From NCBI GenBank assembly GCA_965645245.1, contig OZ287067.1:2356001-2420000 (forward strand): 64,000 nt of DNA. Direction: 5' to 3'. The DNA comes from Massalongia carnosa (Eukaryota). The stretch's first letter is position 1. Each line of letters begins with the position of its first letter. Shown here piece by piece: positions 57,564-64,000 of this stretch. A model generated the notes under the pieces. The model had not been told where the DNA came from. It saw only the letters and a list, made by a program, of their open reading frames with translations, and made no database searches. The position numbers and the translations under genes are program-made.

Positions 57564-59399
57564 TCAGCGTGTAACCGGTAGTTCTCGACGAGTAACCCTT
57601 GCTGGCATTCCATCGACCGGTTTCCCCGAGCCCAACAAGACCTGATAGGCTCTCTCGCCCTCGGCGGTATTGAAGCTGTTCCATTTCGGACCATAACCCG
57701 CATCACGCCCGGAACCTGACAACTTGTCCAGCTCCTCGTAGGCCGATACGACATCAAAGGACCGGAGTGTCAGCGCCATGACAATCTTGATCTCGATCAT
57801 GACGAGTTCCTGGCCGATGCAGTTTCTCGGCCCGTACTCAAACGGCCGCCAGACGCCTTTGACGAAAGCGGCAGGTTCCCGGTCCGTTCCGAGCCATCGC
57901 TCTGGAATGAACTTGGAAGGCTGGTCCTAGTATTCCTCGCTCCGTTGCATGGCAGGGGTCCCTATTAGAACCTAGTATCAAAGTTAGATGTGAATTGCGG
58001 ATTTTCCGTTAGCCAAGTGGACCTACCATGAAGCCTTCCGTGGGATATTTCAATCCTTCATGCTCCAAGAAAAACCCTGGCTCTCCTTTGCGAGCAGTGC
58101 TCGCAGGGGGAAACAGCCGCAAAGTTTCCTTGATAATAGCATTGGAATAGTGAAGCCTGCTTAATACATGGGGGTCCTCCGCCAGAACTAGCGGGGCTTG
58201 CGCGATATCTGAGCCAAGAATATCGTTGTATTCCTTGCGGACGGCCCGAAGAGCGCTAGGGTTCTTGGACAGCAGGTGGTACATGTAGGAGACCGTAGAG
58301 CTTGTTGTATCATGCCCAGCAAATATGAAGAGTTTGATTTGGTCAATAGCAAACGCCTTAAACGTAGGATCGATGCGTTCAGGTACTTGGTAACCTTCGT
58401 TTTCATAATTATCCAACGCTAGATCAATAATGGGCTTGTTGTGCTTCAATTTTTCCGCTTTGTCGAGTGCTTTTCGTGTCGTGAACCGATCATCCAGCAA
58501 TTTTCCTAAGATTGCATTCATCTTCCTAGTGTTGTACCAACATGCGAATGGGCGAAGAGGGTTGTACTTTTTGAAAGGGTTCAATTCATTGGCCGCGGGG
58601 ATCCATCGAACCTGACTGCGGAATGCTCAAACCAGATCGTTCTTGGATGTTTGGGCTTGCAGGGATATGTCTCTACAGAATTATCAGCTACGAGTTATCG
58701 CCACCAAAACTCAGTGACTTCGTCTTACAAAACCACTCCACCAATGATTTCAATCGTTAGCTTTACCGCCTTCTCTTCCAGGCTGAACATAACATCCTGC
58801 TCGGCATATTTTATGAGCGTTTTATAAAAATTCAAAGAGTCTTCCACAATCGCAGGGACAAGATCCATCAAATGTCCGCTTGCAAAACTCGGGTTGAATA
58901 CTGCCCTCCACTGCTTCCATACTTTCCTTTCCAGCGTTAAAATATTGTGTTTTTCTGCTATCGGGTCAACAAAGTCCTTGGTGATGGCATGTTTGGGTAA
59001 TGAATGTTGCTGTGTCGCCTGATATGCTAATCTTGGGTGGACGACCATACATATAGGATCGGCGACGGGCCAATTGTCAATATAGAAGACCGGTCCAAGA
59101 TCAGTGTATTGCTTTCGAAGGAAATGCGGGAGGTAGTGAGGATGCAGGTTTCGCGGGATCGTTGAGAGCAGCTTGCCCAAGGTGATAAGAGGGCCAAAAA
59201 CCAGACTATACGGCGGTTTGGGCTGTTTAGAGTCATTTGTGCGCAATTATGCGACTACCGAGAAGACTTACCAAGTCTCGCATCCTTCGACGTGCTCATA
59301 CAGACGCAGCAGGAAAGTGACAAGGAGACCAGCGATCACTGCCACCAGCGAGATAGTAATATTCGGCGAAGTCATGGAGCTGAGAAATGAAGTCGCCAT
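57564..59399 (-). pseudogene. Cytochrome P450 pseudogene (secondary-metabolism type), 4 exons
   Basis: N-terminal TM anchor, PKPP, FAGHDTTS, KETLR, FIPERWL, WRPFEYGPRNCIGQEL; frameshift in exon 1, premature TGA 58629-58627 and TAG 57929-57927. Confidence 0.88.
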
Positions 59400-60415
59400 G
59401 ATCGAAACGCGCGAGAAAAGTTACAGATGACCTCAGAGACTTAGATTCAGGATAGCAGAACTCTGGCAAACCGCATAAGTTTAGGATAAGAATGCAGGAT
59501 CATAACGGAAATCTCATTCATTCGTAAATCAGAAGCGGCTGCAAAAACAACATGACGGCAAGTTTTAGCCACAACCCTGGAGAGCGCCGATCTTTGGACT
59601 AAGCCGATAAATGCTTGAAGACGCTGTAAATAATGAGCTACCTACAGAATGTCCCTTCATAGACGTGAGCATAGCATATCGCTGGGCTGAGAGAGTCTTA
59701 GGCTTTGCATGGGATATGGTAGGCTATATTCATCCCCCAATCCAATAGAGTACAAGGTCATTGAGCAGTTGGTCTAGTCCCGTCAAGCTAGATTGAGGAT
59801 ATATTTAGGCCCTTCATCCTTCGGGTGTGAAAGTATGCAATCGGAAAGAATCAAAAGAATCATCAAGTCACTGGAGTGTCTGTGGTGGAAGAAACCGAGA
59901 GAACCTGGAATGAAACCAAAATATAAATAGAGTAGCTGCTGTATTGTTGTTTTCACTCGTGACTGAATAACGACAACCAACGAAAGACTAAATCCACGTC
60001 AACGACATATGCAGGAACATATTTAAATCTCCGCTGACCCAAGTAACTCGAACGAGCATATATGCATGCATGCGTGTATGTATGTATGTACATAGTTAGG
60101 TATGCAAGCCTCTTGACGCTCTGAGGATGCATAGTTAGACCTACATAGCCTAACAACCAATTAGAGTACACTATTTTCAAGAAAGAAAGAAAAAGGTCCA
60201 GCAAACAATTATTGTTTCCTCTCTCTCTCTCTGTTGAAATAGGTATATGACTATGGCTATATGGCTATGTAATAATAAAGGTATGTATGACCGTGATGTT
60301 AAGGATGAAGAGTTGCTATGCAGCATTCTTTTCCTATTACTGGTCACCCTTCTAAGCGAGGTGATATTATCTTATCTTGAGACTAAGCCTAATGCGGCAT
60401 CTACAGTTTCCGTAG

Positions 60416-60745
60416 CACGCGGGTGACAAAATACCCACCAAACCATCAAAGTTTGACCCCTATTTGCATCGTGGCACCACACTATTATTATTGCTACTCC
60501 TACTACTATCAACAACCCGTCATCGCACCGTCACCATCTATCACCGCTTGCAGCCGTTTCGGCATCTCAGCCACCTCGCTATTGATGAAATTTTGCGAAA
60601 CCGTGGCCCACCCCTCATGAATCAGTCCTAACGTGGTGGGCTCATCCCAATGAGGGAATTTGCGAATATACTGCTTGGGTGGCTGCCAGCAATTTTCAAT
60701 AGGTGAGAGATCAGGAGACGAAGCACAGTTGAAATAGCTTTTCAA
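60416..60745 (-). mobile_element. Truncated 3' remnant of a Tc1-like element related to 55135-56454
   Basis: [47 protein letters not shown]; terminal CACGCGGGTGACAAAA at 60416. Confidence 0.85.
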
Positions 60746-62410
60746 TTTGTGCGTAGGCAGCCGTAGGTGCTATGTTCATTGAACTGATAGGTGTTCATTG
60801 TGCTGGTAGGAATTGGATATTCAACACTCTCTCTCTCTCTTCTCACACACAATCACAAGACTATATATATATACCTATGTTGAAGCTCAACGGCCATCAT
60901 CTTGCAGCCACACATACTACCTAACCTATACCAAACCAAACCCTTGAGGATAAGTAGTTAGTTTCGTCAAGGGAGAAATATCTAATCCACCGTCGACCAA
61001 GAACGACGCTTAAATTGACTTGACCTGACTAGACTTCGCGTGATCACAGATAGGAAGAAAAAGAAAAGAAAAGTTGCTTTTCTCTTCCGGACATACAACA
61101 AAGGCAATTTAATATCTAGAACATGTACATACATACCCACGCATTCAGCTTCTTGTCCTGGGTGGTAGTCGGAAGGAAGGAGCGTAGTCAACCAGAGAAT
61201 TTTGGGATTGTTACAGGAGTTTCGAAACGCTGATCCGGACTTCTCAAGGTAGTTTGTGTACGGAGTATAATGTAGTTAAGTACAACACCCCGACAGAAAT
61301 ACCGCACTTGACACCCCAAAAAATAAAATAAACCCTCCCCACGAACCAAACGCTCAAAGGCCCTACCTAGGTACTTCACTCATACATATCTACATCATCC
61401 CATCCCAATCCCCATCCCCTTCCCCGCCTCCAAATGATCCATGAACAATGCCGACCTACCTAACCCCATCTGCCCCTAACTAAACCCCATCCCCATAACG
61501 CTACCTCCCCGACTCCTCTCTCTCTCCCCGGAACCCACCCTTCCGCCAAAAAAACGCATTTGTAGGCAAGCATGTAGGTAGGTAGGTATTCAAGAGGGCG
61601 TTCCGATGTACAATACCAGTATCTATATCTACATCTGCCTAACGATAGCATACATACCTACTTACATAACAGCTACCTACGTAGTTATCGACATACCTAC
61701 CCACACACCTACCTATCTACAACCGGAAGTCAGCGGAGACTCCCCTCGCGCCCTCCCCGCACAAAAGTCCCGTAAAGTATAGTACGATACCCAATGGCGT
61801 AAAAAACGCCATAAGGACTAATCCTAACTATTTGTTTAAATACTTGTTGAGCTTCATTCCAGAGAAACGATCCGGGGCCGGGGGGGTTTCCTTTGGTTGA
61901 TTATGGGGCTTAGGTTGCTGATTGACTGATTGGCTGATTGAGAAATTTTGGAGATAGGTGGATGTGAACAACCGACGACGTGAACTGAAGAGGGGTCTGT
62001 CTACCTATAATCTAGAGGGAAATTCAAGCTAGGGGTTGAGAATGGCTCGTTGATAAATAGTGGTGGAAGTGGAGGGGGCACTTCGTGCCTCTCTCGCTCT
62101 TAAACTTGGGAGGCATGCTTCATCCCACGGCAGCGCAAGAGGTAGCGATTAACGATCGTATTAGTTCCGTACGTTGATAAGCAGTCGGGAAGAAGTTTTT
62201 CGCTCCCTCTAGACTCGACCTAGAGCCTTGGATACCTATACATAGCCCCCCAATCTGCCCATGACCCATAGTTCCTGAAAAGGATCCCAAACACCATGGC
62301 TATGACATAGACCCATTCCCGAATGGCCGGCACAAGAACCACCCTATTCGGCTTTCAGAAACCCCAGAGCCCATCCCAGCCCAACACCGTGAACGTTACG
62401 TGATGCACAA

Positions 62411-63830
62411 TTATACCTTGTCACTCGATTGATCGATCAGTTTCCGCTCGCCCGCAGCATCGTGGTAGAACAACTCCACATTGGTGGTCTTGCGGATGCC
62501 TTTGTTGTCGTCCACGGGAAGGATTTGCTCTTCGCTATCGGAGCTGGTATCGTTCTTGATGCTATGGAAGGTCCGGCCGCGAGAGCCGAAGGCGTTGGCG
62601 GCCGAGTCTTTCCAGGTGTGGAGAGCGAGGTTGTTGTTCGGCGTTGGCTTCGAGTTACTCCCGTGGGTCGCGTGTATGTTCAAAGACCTGAAGAGTGGTT
62701 TAAGAGCTGGGATGGTGCAGGCGATGGTGCCGATATTTTCTTCAAGCCTATGCAGTAGGAAGAACATCAGCACCTTCCTCGCGCGTAATGATAGGGTTCG
62801 ACGTGCGACTTACGAGGCCCATATATTGACTTGTACGCCATTATCTAGACTATCGTTAGAAAGATGGATCAATCCGGGAACCCGAGACCACTCACAAGTG
62901 AAATCCCCTTTGGCTAAGTCGCCAAGGTGCACCATCTTGACTATACCGCAGATCCCGGATCTACACAGGTGGCGGAGAAGTTAGCCATGGTCTGACCGCT
63001 TTGGCACACGATGAATGTACACTACTTACAAGATACCTATGCTCATGATAACCCACAAAGCGTATTTGTTACGATTCGATATCTGTAATTTGCGAAGAAT
63101 GATGATTGGAAATCCAGCACACACAAAATCCGTGATGATAGCCCACGCTGGAACTGCGTTAACTAGAGATGGCTTGGGGAGCTCGGAAATGTCCACTCTC
63201 ACCGTTTTGTGCGTATCCGATGCCCAAAATCTGGCTATACGACCAGCATCGCCCTTTGATTCGAGGATCCCACCCGGCAACGATGGGCGTGCATTGAACC
63301 AGTATCACCACGGCCGTCGCAACACAAAGGAACACCAAAATGCCCATTAAAACGTAGAGAAACCAGCGCAACGTCTTACCCGTCCCTCTAGCCATGATGC
63401 GTAGCAGGAACAGGCATGCCGAAACTTTGATGGTAGCTGTGGACAGAACGTATAAAATCTCGGTGATGTGAAAATAGAGGCCGATGTTGACGATGCTCTG
63501 CAAAGGGATGTAATACATGTGACGCCCAAGTCCTTGGGATACCATCACTATCTGAAACACCACGCTCATGAGGTTCATGAGCTGCAGAGCGGTAAGCCGC
63601 TGTTGCGCAGGGAGTCGCGCGTGAAGGGATTAAACATGATAAGTTACCTGAGCCAGCACAATCGTATGATCATCCCATCCCACATTGCGGATGACTCTGA
63701 TTCGGGCGTACATTCGAGCCGCAACGGCAAGCGTCGAGAGAATGGTGATGGGGACGACAGCGCCGAGTGTGTTGGGACCAAGGTTCCGATCTCCTCCCGG
63801 CGGAGGAGGCATTGTCTGGATATCGGACAT
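62411..63830 (-). CDS. PTH11-like (fungal rhodopsin-domain) integral membrane protein without CFEM; 6 exons 63830-63648, 63581-63203, ~63147-63030, 62960-62896, 62844-62814, 62747-62411
   Basis: PPPPGGDRNLG, ARMYAR..VGWDD, GLGRH, KVSACLFLLRI, QCTPIVAGWD..GRC, ITDF, LQISNRNK, WASLEENIGTIACTIPALKPLF; five canonical introns. Confidence 0.9.
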
Positions 63831-64000
63831 GTTGTTGACATGCGGATTGAAGTCCAACGACACGGCAATATAGTTATTCAGAATGTCTTGGTCGATCGGA
63901 GGCACTCTTACGGTACCATGAGGAGCCGGGTAAGTTATTTCGAACGCCCACAACTGGACCCTGAAGCCCTTTCTCAATTCATGCAATCCATGCAGTCCAT

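Overview
Fungal (filamentous ascomycete, Pezizomycotina-type) genomic DNA: short GT..AG introns with CTRAY branch points, PTH11-like gene, fungal TE families. Conserved genes (CDC73, mitochondrial Lon PIM1, an atypical Ser/Thr kinase, CHIP/STUB1, a Nudix hydrolase, a divergent TIM-family isomerase, ACB1, a UVI-1-like gene, a PTH11-like membrane protein) are interleaved with many mobile elements. The most notable is a 10.4-kb TIR DNA transposon (23982-34373; 52-bp TIRs, TA flanks) with a decayed CMC/CACTA-like DDE transposase and at least two further unrecognisable genes. Also present: a Fot1/pogo element interrupted by a very young, intact Ty3/gypsy chromovirus (LTRs identical by eye, ATGTC TSD, Tf1-type self-priming PBS, -1 frameshift hairpin); two Tc1-like elements (DD34E, and DD37E lacking TA flanks); two MITEs, one sharing ends with the pogo element; a foldback element with a 21-bp telomere-like array; a 2.5-kb non-coding region with repeated B-box motifs and three 23-bp-period arrays; and a P450 pseudogene. 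All calls are by-eye readings of the sequence; no database searches were run.
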